The position numbers were made by a program, and so were the translations under genes. Below are positions 1 through 14,500 of a stretch of 64,000 bases of DNA, in pieces. The notes under the pieces are model-generated. The model was given only the letters and a program-made list of their open reading frames with translations, made no database searches and had not been told where the DNA came from. Positions within the stretch are counted from its first letter, which is position 1, and each line of letters starts with the position of its first letter. Location of the stretch: assembly GCF_009914755.1 (NCBI RefSeq), contig NC_060939.1. One strand, 5' to 3'. Origin of the DNA: the human T2T-CHM13v2.0 reference genome, Homo sapiens.

Positions 1-1169
1 TGCTGTTTGAATGAAGGAATTAAAAACTTGAAAACACTGAATCCATTAACGTTACTAGGGAGGACAAAGGTCAGTAAAATTCCGTGGAAAAGGATAATTC
101 CAAGGGCTACAATATTGTGCAAAGGTTCTAAACCACAACTAGTTCCACAATGCCGGTGGTATACAAGAGCATCTGTGCTACATCTGAATGCATACTTTAT
201 AGCACTGGCAAGGAATGCAAATGTGCATACCTCTTACCTAATCAAATGGTAACTTCTGGGTGTCCTAGTGCCCAGATAGGAAATTCTAGCATATTTGCTC
301 CATACTCTTCTCCTTTTTAAACTGTTCTTAAAGGCATTTATCCAAAAAACTATATTAAGGTATTAATGGTAAAATTAGAAAGTCTTATTTGCTATGCATC
401 AGTATAGTTTCTTATTACCTTGTCGTGGTATTGTATCTGTGACATCTCAATAAATTCTTAAGTTTCTGCACATCATATAAAAACAAAGTAAAGGGTCTCA
501 GGGATTGTGAGCTCCCTGGGGATGGGAGTGTTGTTAGCAATAAACAAATACTCAATGAACATACTGACTTAATAGTCTGAGTCAGGTACTATTTTAATAC
601 TCTTTGTAACCATTTATAACATTTGATCCTCCTTGGCTGGCTTAGTAAATGTGTGTTAAAATGAACTAAAGCAGCACATGTATTAGCTAGATGGCTACAA
701 AACCACTATATTATTTAACCAGGTTCTCTATTTGCAAAGTTCTCATACACTTTTAAAATACAGTCTATGCATTTATATCATTTGATATAGATTTCAATAT
801 AACAAAAAGCATGTCTATTCTTAAAGAGGGTCTTTTTTATTACTTGTATGGAAATGGGCCAAGGTTCTTGGACTCAAGAAAATTCCAGTATCTCTCCTTC
901 ACAGGAGACCAACAATAAATACCTGAGGGAATTATACCTAAAAATAATTTGAGTGCTGAACTGTGTTGTTCCACTATAGGAGTGGAAGTACAGTCAGCCA
1001 TAACTCTAGCATTCCGTATGTGAAGATGAGGATAGGGTAAATTCTGAGACCCTAAACTTGTATTTTCTGTTTCCTCCAAATCTCTCTATGCCAGAAATCT
1101 ATTTTCTTATGTCAACCATCAGCCCCACTACACTCCTCTTCAGTGGATTACAAAGTGGCTACAACTCAC

Positions 1170-1210
1170 CAATTCAGTCCTGGTTCACTTATGACCATCT
1201 TGGAGCTCAT
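1170..1210 (-). CDS. ICE2: ICE2 (NARG2; little elongation complex subunit 2) first coding segment, in exon 2 (exon 1170-1302)
   Basis: Minus strand reads ATG AGC TCC AAG ATG GTC ATA AGT GAA CCA GGA CTG AAT TG|gtgag = MSSKMVISEPGLNW, which I recognise as the ICE2 N-terminus. Acceptor cttttgtttttactcag| precedes 1302. The gene continues off the left edge. Confidence 0.9.
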
Positions 1211-1899
1211 CTTCCTAGATTTCTGCTTCACTCTAGCTCACAGTTCACAGCTGCCTGGCTGCGAAGGCTCCAAGAGGCAGGATCCCTCCAGAACTTACTC
1301 AGCTGAGTAAAAACAAAAGGCCAAGATCAAAAGCAAGTGATTGGCTAGGCCAGGTGCTATTAGGTGAGGAAGAATCTCTCCCTAAACATCTACCCTCAAC
1401 AGACTGTGGCACCTAAAACAGAATACAGCAGACCCAAGGTTCTTTGTAGCAGAGCAGCAATGACGATACAGGACGAGCCCTTTTCCATTTAATCTACGCC
1501 GGGAGTGTTACTCTCAGGACACTCACTATGGAAATAAGAGCTGAAACAGAACGGTGTTCTCATTGCTTACATACTAGGCCACTTGATGGCATGGAACGGG
1601 AAGTCAACTCAGTTTTCCATTCCCTTACTGCCAAAATAAATCTTTTGTTTTCCCGACCATGCTTTGTTATGGGGCAGATTCTGGCAGGCACTTTATGACA
1701 AAAGCTACCTCGATATCAGGAATCTTAGGCCTTTCACAAAGAACCTCACATTTGAGAAGACTTGAGGTCAACTTAAGTGACATTTCACAAGATCACTTAC
1801 AGACATCATCAGGACTACAAATCAGGCTTGATCTCTCATGTTCAGTACTTCTCCTGTGACCCCAGGCAGACTGATAAAGTGACATGCGAGAACCTAATC

Positions 1900-2655
1900 A
1901 AATTTAGGAGTCGGTCTCTCGGCACCGAACGGGCCCGACCGGCTCCCACTTAATCTACCTCTCACACTTCGACCCAGTGTGGAGCTGGGGGGGAATAGTC
2001 GAGGAAGGCAAAAGAAACGGCTGAGGGAAAGGGGACGCAAAGAGAGGGGAAACAAGGTTCCAGAAAAGCAGGTAAAAGGGCAAGCAAAGCAGGGGTAGGA
2101 GCCGCGCAGAGCCAGGAGCAAAGGGTCCTGGCCCGGCCGCCATGTTCCCTCCTCCCGCCCCTGCATGAGCACGCCCGCTGGCCCGGCAGCGCCCTCCCGT
2201 CCGCGTCTGGGCTGCAACACAGCCTTTCCGCCCACCTCATGGTCCGCGGCGGCTCTTGCCCAGGCCGCAGCCACACACCACACACGCTCCACCCCACTCC
2301 TCACATTGTCGCGCGCGCCCAAGAAAGACCATATTTAAAGGATGTGGCCGCGCCGACTCGGCCCTGCGTGATGACGTCTCAGCGACATAGTGGGCGGGGC
2401 CTTGCGTCTTGACGGCTGCTCCCCTCCTTTCCTCCCGCCACAAGCGCTCGCTGTGGTTCTGGCAGCGAAGTGCCGAGACTGGGCTCGCCAGGCGGAAGTG
2501 GTTGGAGACTGCGTGTTTTCCTAGAAAGTCCTCGACCTTCGTCGGGGAGAGGAGGGGAGTGATAAATTGGAAGGCGGACAAGCGACAAGTGCGGTACTGG
2601 AAAGACCCAAACATACTTGGTTGTGACCTCAGGCAAGTTTCCTGACTTCCGTAAC
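1900..2655. promoter_or_regulatory. CpG-island bidirectional promoter (ICE2 minus / RORA-AS1 plus)
   Basis: The only clearly CpG-dense non-coding region of the window. CRE-like TGACGTCT 2372-2379, GC box GGGCGGGG 2392-2399, ETS/GABP motifs GCGGAAGTG 2492-2500 and ACTTCCG 2645-2651. Confidence 0.85.
2236..2375 (-). other. ICE2: ICE2 non-coding exon 1 (5' end approximate)
   Basis: Donor ATGAG|gtggg at 2236/2235 inside the CpG island. TSS position is inferred, not visible. Confidence 0.65.
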
Positions 2656-3200
2656 CCAAACTCCTCATATGTAAAATGGAGATGAAATTGTTACTGCTGC
2701 ATCATACGGTTTTTTGGAAAGGATTAAATGAAACAAAGGAAGAAGCTGTGCTCTGCACAGTACCTGGCACATAGTAGGGCCTCATTAAGTGCTCCTTCAC
2801 CTCCGCTCCACTCCCCATCCAGTTTTAGCTGTGAGTTCAAACACTAGTTTTGTTCTCATCCATTACGGAAAGATTTATTGACCGTAAACAGAGTACTTTG
2901 TGCTTGGTGCTGGGTACACATGGACTAAGACTGAATACTGATTTTTCCAGTGCTTTGGATCTCTGGCAATCTAAGACATTTACATTAAATACAATAGAAA
3001 GTAATAAACTACATAAGAAAGGTGTATAGATTGAGGTTAGAGGGAGAGGAATAGCTAGTGTGAGGGACAAAACGCAGTTTTGAATAGTATTGAGTACTTA
3101 CATGTCAGTTGCTGCACTGAGCACCTGCCGTGTGAGCTCATTTGAAGAATGTGGGTATGTGGAATGAAGAGAAAGGGCGTTCTAGACAGACCAGCACAAG

Positions 3201-4031
<831 letters not shown>

Positions 4032-4428
4032 TGACATTTTAGACTGATTTAGAATATTGTTAGAAATTATGTTAATGTAAAAAATATGCTACAGGAAACC
4101 ATAGGTAGTTTATTTTGCCTGGAATGCAAGGTCTCTGAAGAGTAGTAGAGGAAAAGGGGTTGGAAAAACTGGTTGAAGCTAGAACACGTAAGATTTTATA
4201 AGCCAGACTAAGGAAGTTTGACTTTATTGCATAAGAAATAAAATGCTAGGAAACAAACAAACAAAAAAGCTTACATAATGACACAATCAGAACTGGCTGG
4301 CTGTGCTTCAGGAAAGTTCACCTGGCAACCTACGGAATTCATTGAAGGGAGGAGGCCAGTTAGGAGACAGTGTTTGTGAATGCTTAAAAAAATCAACCAC
4401 TACAATGCCTGGCACTGTGCAGATAGCA

Positions 4429-4759
<331 letters not shown>

Positions 4760-5239
4760 GCAGATAGTATTTCTTATTAGGTAAGTGATGTGGATGGCTT
4801 GTGTAGGACAAAGGCAGCGTAAAAGTTCATGTGTTGGGTACTGTCTCACAAAGCATGCAGTCAGGAAGAGTTGGGGACACCTGACCTGGCCTGAAGGAAC
4901 TGCTCTAATTGTTTAAGAGCTCATGCTGCTGGGAGGTACCTGCCCATGGTAGTGTGATATGGTAGCATTACCATACAGCTCTGTGTTGAGATTTCAGATC
5001 ATCACCAAACAGTATGCTCTGAACTGGTATATCTGAGTTTCAATGGTTGCAAGATAGCACACAGAATCAGAATTTTTAGAATCAGAACACGATTTGGAGA
5101 TTATCTAGTCCAACCCTCTTGTTTTCCTTACAAGGAAATGGGCTCCTTTCAAGATTGTCAAGTGACTTTTCCAACATCACATGATCAATGATAAAACTGA
5201 TACTAAAACTCAGGTCTCATAATTCTTGCCAACGTGTGC

Positions 5240-5652
5240 ATTGTGCATCTTCCCAAAATTCATATCTTATATGAATATGTAATTCATATGTCATATTATA
5301 GGAGCCTAATGGCCTCCTATAATTTTTGTTTACTACAAGGAATCCTAATGGTATTTGGAGGTGGTATCTTTAGGAGGTAAGTAGGTTTAGATTAAGACAC
5401 AAGGGTGCAGCCCCAATGATGGAGTTCATGCCCTTGTCAGAAGAAGAGAAACCACAGCTCATTCTCTCCCCCAAGTGAAGACACAGCAAAAAGGTAGCCA
5501 TCTGCAAGCTAGAAACAGAGTTCTCATCAGGAACCAAATTGGCTGGCAGCTGGATCTGGACTTCCAAGCCTCCAGAACTGTAAGAAAATAAATGTCTCTT
5601 GTTTAAGCCTCCCAGGCTATGGAATTGTCATAGCAGCCCCAGCGGAGTAACA
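5240..5652 (+). mobile_element. MaLR LTR (MLT1A-like)
   Basis: cccaaaattcatat...tggtatttggaggtgg...gcctccagaactgtaagaaaataaatg...tagcagccc motifs. Confidence 0.8.
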
Positions 5653-5704
5653 TAAAATACAATAAATATATGCATCCTTTCTTTTCTGTTTTGTGAACCA
5701 CAAG

Positions 5705-5935
5705 AAGCTTAGTGGCAAGAACATGGACTTCTGGATTCCAGTAGTTATCTGTCTCAGGTTGGCATCTCAGTTTTTCTGTCTACTGGCACTGTGATCCTAG
5801 GCATGTCGTGTGTCCTCTTGAGTCTCAGTTTCTTCATCTGGATAATGGAGGCAGTGATACCTCACCTACAGAATTGTTGTGAGGACTAGAAGTAATATAT
5901 ATATAAAGTGCATTGCAAAGAGTAAATGTTCAACA
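5705..5935 (+). mobile_element. MIR
   Basis: MIR core ctcagtttcttcatctg...acctcacctacagaattgttgtgagga. Confidence 0.7.
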
Positions 5936-5942
5936 AATACTA

Positions 5943-6416
<474 letters not shown>

Positions 6417-6714
6417 TTAGAGATTACTTCAGAGGAGTTTAATTTATTTTGGGTCTTGAAGGATGCGTAGGAGTTCACTGGGTAGAAAAGGGGTTGTGGG
6501 TTTTAACTGTGGGAAAAAAAATCACAGAAGTGTGAACAGCTCCACATATTCTGGGGAAGAGGAAAAGCTGTTGCATCGCTGTGTTGGGGAAATGAAGGTT
6601 GTTGGACTGGAAATGGTGAAGCGGACTAGAGATGGTCTTCATTGCCATGCTAGAGATTTTGGACTTTATTCTCTGCATTATGGGGAATCTGTGTGTGTAT
6701 ATGTTTGTGTATCT

Positions 6715-7468
6715 GTGTTTTAAATAGCTTGAGTTATAAGCTACATACCATAAAATTCATTCATTCTAATTGTACCATTAGGTGACTTTTAGTAAATGTG
6801 TGAAGTTTCACAACCCTCAACATGATAAAGTTTTGGAACATTTCCATTAACCCCCAAATCCTGTGTGCCCATTTGTAATCAGTCCCTCTTTCCAGCCCCA
6901 GGCAACCATTAATCTACTTTCTGTCTCTATAGGTTTGCCTTTTCTGGACATTTCATTTAATGAAATCATACAATATGTTGTCTTTTGTGTCTGGATTCTT
7001 ACCATAATGTTTTAAGGATCATCCATGTTGTAGCATGTATTAGTATTTTTTCCTTTCTGTTGCTCAATAGTAACTCATTTATGGATATGCCCTTTTTGTT
7101 TATCCCTTCAACATTTGATGAACATTTAGATGGTATCTACTTTTTGGCTTTTCTGAATAATGTTGCTGAGGGCATCATTTATGTGTACAACATTTATGTG
7201 AACATTTTATATGTACAAGTCTTTGTGTGAACTTTGCATTTTTATTTCCTTGAGTAGATAACTAGGAGTGGAATTGTTGTATGGTAAATTTATGTTTAAC
7301 TTTTTTTTCTATGTTGCTGACACTGGTTTCAAACTCCTGGCCTCAGGTGATCCTCCCCTTGGCCTCCCAAAGTGCTCGATTACAGGTGTAAGCCATCATG
7401 CCCAGCCTATGTTTAACTTTTTAGAAAACTGTCAGATTGTTTCCCACAGCAATTGCACCATTTTATTC
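6715..7468 (-). mobile_element. Old L1 3' fragment (L1M) with an Alu monomer at ~7305-7407
   Basis: ggcaaccattaatctactttctgtctctat...atccatgttgtagcatgtattagt, typical of an antisense L1M 3' end. Confidence 0.8.
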
Positions 7469-10249
7469 TGTGGATTTTTAAGCAGAAGAAAGATGCGGTT
7501 TTCCATTTCTGGTAAACTGGGGAACAAACAAACCCAGAAGTTGAATGAGAAGCCAATTTAATTTTGAAAGAGTTTATAACAGTGTGTACTTCTTTGAGTT
7601 TACAAAATGTTTAATTGGACCAGAATTTAAAAAAGAACTCTAAAAACTGCAAACATTAACTAAGCAATTACTAGGTGTTCATTTCTTCTTGGGGACCAAA
7701 TCAAGACAGAGAAATGTGCAAGATCATCTTTCTTTTTTTAAATCAGTAATAAGTCATTTTCCTACCCCTCAGCTAATGAGCTGCCTTTGCTTGATTCGGG
7801 GTGAACTTGGCCTTGGAATAGTTTACAGCTTGGTAACTGCTTCACTCAGGGAATTGCCTCATGAATTTACAATCCTCCATAAGGTATTTTCAAAATGAGA
7901 ATCCAGAAATAGTCCTCTAGCAAAAAGGTTTCAATCTAGTAATTGACTCAGAAACTTTTGGGGAAAATATTGTCGCTAATTGCAGTTTGTTCAAATCAGG
8001 CCTTTCAGCAATAAATGGTGTTTCAAGTGGAGAGGGAATCATCAATGCCAAAAACCAGCAAAATACTCTGGCCTAGGATATGCTATGTAAGAACAAGAAT
8101 GGCTAAAGTTTTCGATTTTTTTCTACTCAGAAGATAATATTTTCTAAAATATATTTAGATATGTTCTGTATTATGTGGCCCCTGGGCTGAAAAAAACCCC
8201 AGAAATCATTGTTCACTTGAAAGATGGTCTTTTATAGCGCATAAGTGTTCTACAGAGAGAAGTTGATAACAGAGATAATTCCAAGCAGAATAATTTAAAA
8301 ATTGTATTTGTCTTTAGAATGCAGTGTGTGTTTTATCAGAGGAGTAGAGAGAGAATGGTAGAAGGGGTGGGTATGGGGCTTGTTAGGAAGTCATTATAAT
8401 AGATTTTGGGTGAGGCTAATATTAAAGTTAATTTTTGTCCTTCAAGCAAAGAACAATTGATAGATGATATAGCTTCTTCCCCACAAAAGGGAAGTTATCC
8501 TGGAATTAAAAATATTGTTTGAGAAGTCTATCAAGTGGTTAAATAACAAATGGATTACTGAGATGACTGTATTATACTGGAGTAGACAGTTCCCCTCCCA
8601 AGGAGAAAAAAATCTAGAATCAAATTAAATACAGGAAGACTGGTTTCTCTCTTTCCAACATGAGAGATAAGTGACATTAGAAAAAAACCAAGAGTTTTCT
8701 TTAGCTCACCACCGGTGGCAAAGTGAAAGGAGAGAGCTCCTGTTAATCTCCTAGAGTGACGCTTCTGCCACCACTGGGAGTCCAGGCTTGCTTCAAAAGC
8801 TGGGGGCAAGGAGTAGAAGCAGTAGGGGAGCCATCAGTGTGAATCTGCTGGAATCTAGGGGGGTTCTCTTGACCAGATATTCCCTTCTCATCCTCAAGTT
8901 CCCGAAATCCCTTTAGCATGGAAGTATCTTTTTTTCTTCCTGTCTCTGATGACTTACATTACATTAATAATCTCTTTTGGACCATGGTTTTGAACACCAC
9001 TGGGCCCTATCTTCAATTTCTTATTCAAAAGGGGAAGCCAAGGTGCTTAACTGCATCTCAGCACAGCAGCAGCTATCTTTCCTACCACCATGCATGTGGC
9101 TCGGTGTTTTCACAGACCTGTTAGGAGAAGCTGAGGCCTCTGCACCTGCCCATTTGGTACAAATGCACGTTAGATATGAAGTCCGCTTTTAAGGGGCTAG
9201 ACTTGACCCTTGCTTCCTCTTGCCTCATGAAGAAAAGTTTAGTAGTAACAGTAGCAACTAAGACATTCTTGAGGTCATGTCTTACTGACCAGTCTATGGT
9301 TATTACTTTTGCTTTCTTTCCTAGACTTTATTAATAACCTGACATTTGTTATCCTTTCTGCTTTTCCTGTGAGATCATCAGGAACAGAATTTTAAGAAGT
9401 CTCTTCTATATTCCCTTTTACCCTTTTTGAAACTGAGCAAGCTAATCCAGGATAAAGAGGTGGCTGAAAATCATTATTTTTGGCAAAAGGAGTTTAGGCA
9501 TGAGTTTGGGCAGAGATCTAGAGGTGACAGATTACATATTTTAAACTCTGTTTTCATTAACTCTCAATTTCTGCAGACACCGGAAAGTGTAGTGTTTATA
9601 ATTATGTAGAACTTGATGGTCTACAAAGATTTCACATGCATAATATTTCATTCTTTTTTTCTGAGGTAGTTGAAAATAAAAGCAGGATTAGGGATTGTTT
9701 ACTACTTGCAGCAACTTTGGGGAATAATTCGGATATTTATTGAATGCTACTGAGTGCAGGGGATGCTTAGGCATTATGGTATGTGGAGGAAAATGCTAGC
9801 TCAGTTGCCTTTATTCTGACTTCAGAGTATTTTATAATTTGAATGTCCTTGATATTACATTGAAAATAATTGATGATGAGGTTTTTGCACCATTAAAATG
9901 GTGTAATACTAAGCTGATGCTAAGTTTATGGTTCACCCCTAAGTAATTTACTCAAAAGAAAGGGTGGGAGTGGGGCCATGACACTGCAGGTAGTCAGAGA
10001 CTCTATTAAAAGTCTTTGGCAACATTTCTACAATTCAATTTTAATGACTTCTAAAGCAAAAATGACAATCTATGCATTCAGGATTTCTCTCCTTCTGCAC
10101 TCAGGGAAGATAGGACTAATCAGTCATGGCACCCTTTTCCTATGAGACAGGAAGCAACTTCAGAATTCTCAGTTCTGCATTTCCAAGAGTGACTGTCAAT
10201 CAGTGGGTGTTATCTCACAAGTTAATACCTTTTTCTTTGCCTTCTCTGA

Positions 10250-10602
<353 letters not shown>

Positions 10603-10654
10603 AATAATTTTTTAAAAAGTGCCTGGCCAATAATTTTTTAAAAAGTGCTACACT

Positions 10655-11251
<597 letters not shown>

Positions 11252-11267
11252 GGTGCTGTGGTATACA

Positions 11268-11412
11268 CCGGTGCTTCTCACACTTTAATGTGCATACGGA
11301 TCACCTGGGATCCTATAAAAAGGCAGATTGATTTAGTAGGTCTGGGTAGTGCTGGGATTATCCAGTTCCAACAAAGTCGCAGGAGATGCCGTGCTGCTAG
11401 TCTGGACCACAC
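11268..11412. mobile_element. MER5A-like hAT relic
   Basis: gtgcttctcacactttaatgtgcatacggatcacctggg...gtaggtctggg...ggaccacact. Confidence 0.7.
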
Positions 11413-11537
11413 TTACCTACTCTCTCCTAGACCCTTCACTAGAGACAGGATGTAAGCTAGGAAACTATGTACAGTCCAATTCAATAACCAAGAAAAAAGA
11501 AGAAAAACAAGGCAAGTGTTCCATTAGAAGCTGAAGT

Positions 11538-11543
11538 TTTATT
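11538..11543 (-). terminator. Distal RORA poly(A) signal AATAAA
   Basis: TTTATT on plus. On minus, UGUA lies upstream and a U/GU-rich tract (cttgtttttcttctttttt) lies ~30-55 nt downstream. Confidence 0.8.
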
Positions 11544-14500
11544 ATAGGATAACAGTACATAAAGCACATCTAAAATTGATGTGTTCAATGCACTTTTAAT
11601 AAAGGTAATGTAATATTAAAGGTACAGTTTCTAAGTACAATATAACAACATTCATATTAGAATGAAAATTGGAGTATTTAAAAGACAACATTAAATCTCT
11701 CTTTTTTGTACAGCTTGTATTTACAAAATGAATCAAAATATTTTTTTTTTAAATTCAGGACTCAATAAAATAAACAGCTGGAAATAAGCAGACTAGTGTA
11801 AGAGTGAATTGAAAAGAAAACCCAAGGTAAGTGAAAAGTTGGACGATCCTCTAATAAAGATCATTAGCAAAGTTTTAGTTCAATACTAGTTTTAGGATTC
11901 CCATAAATGGCTTGCATTTTTAGTGTGGCAGAAAAGGAGTTTTTACATACTGTACACAAAACAGACAGCATATATTTATAGGTACAGTATTACTGTTTCC
12001 AAACTTGCATGTATATTTACAGAAGGCTGAGTTTGTTTACTCAAACAGAAGTTTGTGAAATTTGTGTGCTTAATCCTCAAGACCTACACACAATTAGAAT
12101 CAGCATTTCATGTGGTCTTTTTAAATGTGGCTTTAATACTTGGTTGTAGAGGAGAATGTTAACCGTAAGGCTTGGCTTACTTTGTAAATTTAACAAAACA
12201 ACCCAGGAAAAACGTTTTAATTGGGGCACACTTGTTATCATTTAACAATTGTCAAATGCTGACGTGCTAGCCATTGTGCAGACGCAAAAAGATACAATCT
12301 CTACCCTCAGGAAGCTTAGGATGCTAAATCGTGCTTTAAAAAAAAGGTTTCAATCTCTTTCCAAGAGAGGCAGTTAAGGAATGATGTGATTTATATTAAA
12401 AGAGATTTCTCCCTCAACTGTAGCCAATCCACTTTAAAAGGTTAACTACTAGCATTAGCTCTCATTAACCACACAATTGCATTTATAATTAAGGTAACAG
12501 CAACTCTTCCACAAAAATGGAAAATGTCTAGAATTGTGGATAAATATTGCAGTGCATGGAAGCCAATAATCATGGCTTGAGAATTTATCACCTTCAGTTA
12601 CAAAAAGTGCAGTAAACAGAAACATTTGCTCTACATTTATAAATTGCTCAAAAATCTTTGCTAAAGATCTTACAAATTCAGTAATATTACAGAACAATTC
12701 TAATCAATATTTAATAAGGTTAACTACATCCTTAGTTAGATATTTGATAAACTTTGCTTTTCAATAATGCCAATAGATCTTGGGAGAATGGGTAGAAAGG
12801 CTTAATTAAGCTACTTATTAAATAACTTTGAAAATGAAGGTCCTTCACTCAGTTCATGGAACTGGTTGAGGTCATACTGAAACAGAACATCCCATGTCGA
12901 ATTTGCTTTATGGCCCATGTTATGGCAGAGGACGTCTCCATCCTTCTCATGACTCAGGTAGGAGGGGAAAGGTTTATTCTGCCATCAAGCCATCTAGGAT
13001 ATTTTATGTAAATGCCCATTATCTATAATAGGAGCTAAGAATACAACTGTGTTAGGTGCCAGTAATACAATTCCTTAATAAGAAAAAAAAGTATATTACT
13101 CCATTAAACAAGTTTCTTTAGGATCTTGAAGGCCTGGCAAATTATTTTTCAGCTTAGGAGATATGCTGTAAAGCCAAGTAGCAAACATAAAGTAAATGCT
13201 AATAAGTTTCCATATAGCCATATTTATAAACAAATTCACCCTATAGATGTCAAATATCCATACTAAGGAAGTAATTTTATCCTAATTAAATACACTCTAG
13301 AATAATTTATATAATGATATTATGTATTTAAAGAGAAAAGCATGTCCCAAATCCAGCACTCTGATACAGCTGCCAGTTGGGCATAGGTAGATATATATAT
13401 ATATGTATATATATACAAATATATAGTTATACTCAGTGAAATTAACAAGACCCAAAGGTGGTATTGTCTAGGAATAAAAGGGATAATTTTTGTTGTTCAC
13501 AAAAGTAACTTGTCTAGCACCACACATCAGAAAAACACAAAAATAGCACACTCTAGTTCTAAACAGCTATGTCTAAAATAGATTATATAGTAAAACCGGT
13601 ATTATACAGCATATTGTGGATTTGATAAACAGATAAATATTTGCACTGAGTAGGCTGTTTATAATATAACATTTTCTTATCTATACAGAATGAAAGCCAA
13701 AAAGTTAACTGTATAGAGATGTGCAGAACAACATTAAATATTATGACTCAAAAGCAGGGACAGGTAAATTTGAAAGAAGAGTAAGAGAGAAAATGTTTAC
13801 AGGCCGTTACAAGTTCTTAAGTTAATAGTAAATAAGGAATCGATTGCTCAAGTTGAAGAAAGCAGTAAACAAGAGATTGCATTTACATGCAGATGTCTAA
13901 AATTTGTATTTTTTAAGTCTATGCACAAAAGTCATTTGTTTTATTGCTTGACATTCAGTTATGGCTAGATTATTTAACCTATTTTTTTTGTACTTTGGAA
14001 ACAAGAATATTGTTAAAGGTGCCATAAAAATGGACAACACTGAAAACAGTTTGCAAATAAACCACCTAACACTGCAGTTCTTTATACATATTAAAAGCCT
14101 TGTCTGGGGTTTGTCATATGTTAAATATTATTTAAAGTGGGAAAATATGTTGTAGCTTGAAGCCTCCCATTGGCCCAAACATCCAATACAAAAACACATC
14201 TCCACAAAAGGAGCAGGCAGACAATACAGGTACATTTATAGAAGCAGCCAGCTAATGTCCTAATGTTTAAAAATTTACCACTGTTTAATATGAGATTTCA
14301 AACTGTGTGGATAACAGGAGAATTTTGGATTCAGGAAGATGTATACAGTACATATGGATTTTTTTTGTGAAATCATTTTCACTATATTGCTCAAGAATTA
14401 TCTGCATTTACATATGCAATCTGTTCAGTGATAATCAAGTTCCTAGAAATAGTATTCATCCACATTAAAGTAATAATGATGAAAAAGGAATCACACATGA

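Noticed and set aside
1894-2668. Overlapping 60-143 aa ORFs in the CpG island
   Set aside because: Expected from stop-poor GC-rich sequence; only the ATG-initiated leader portion was kept, as uORFs.
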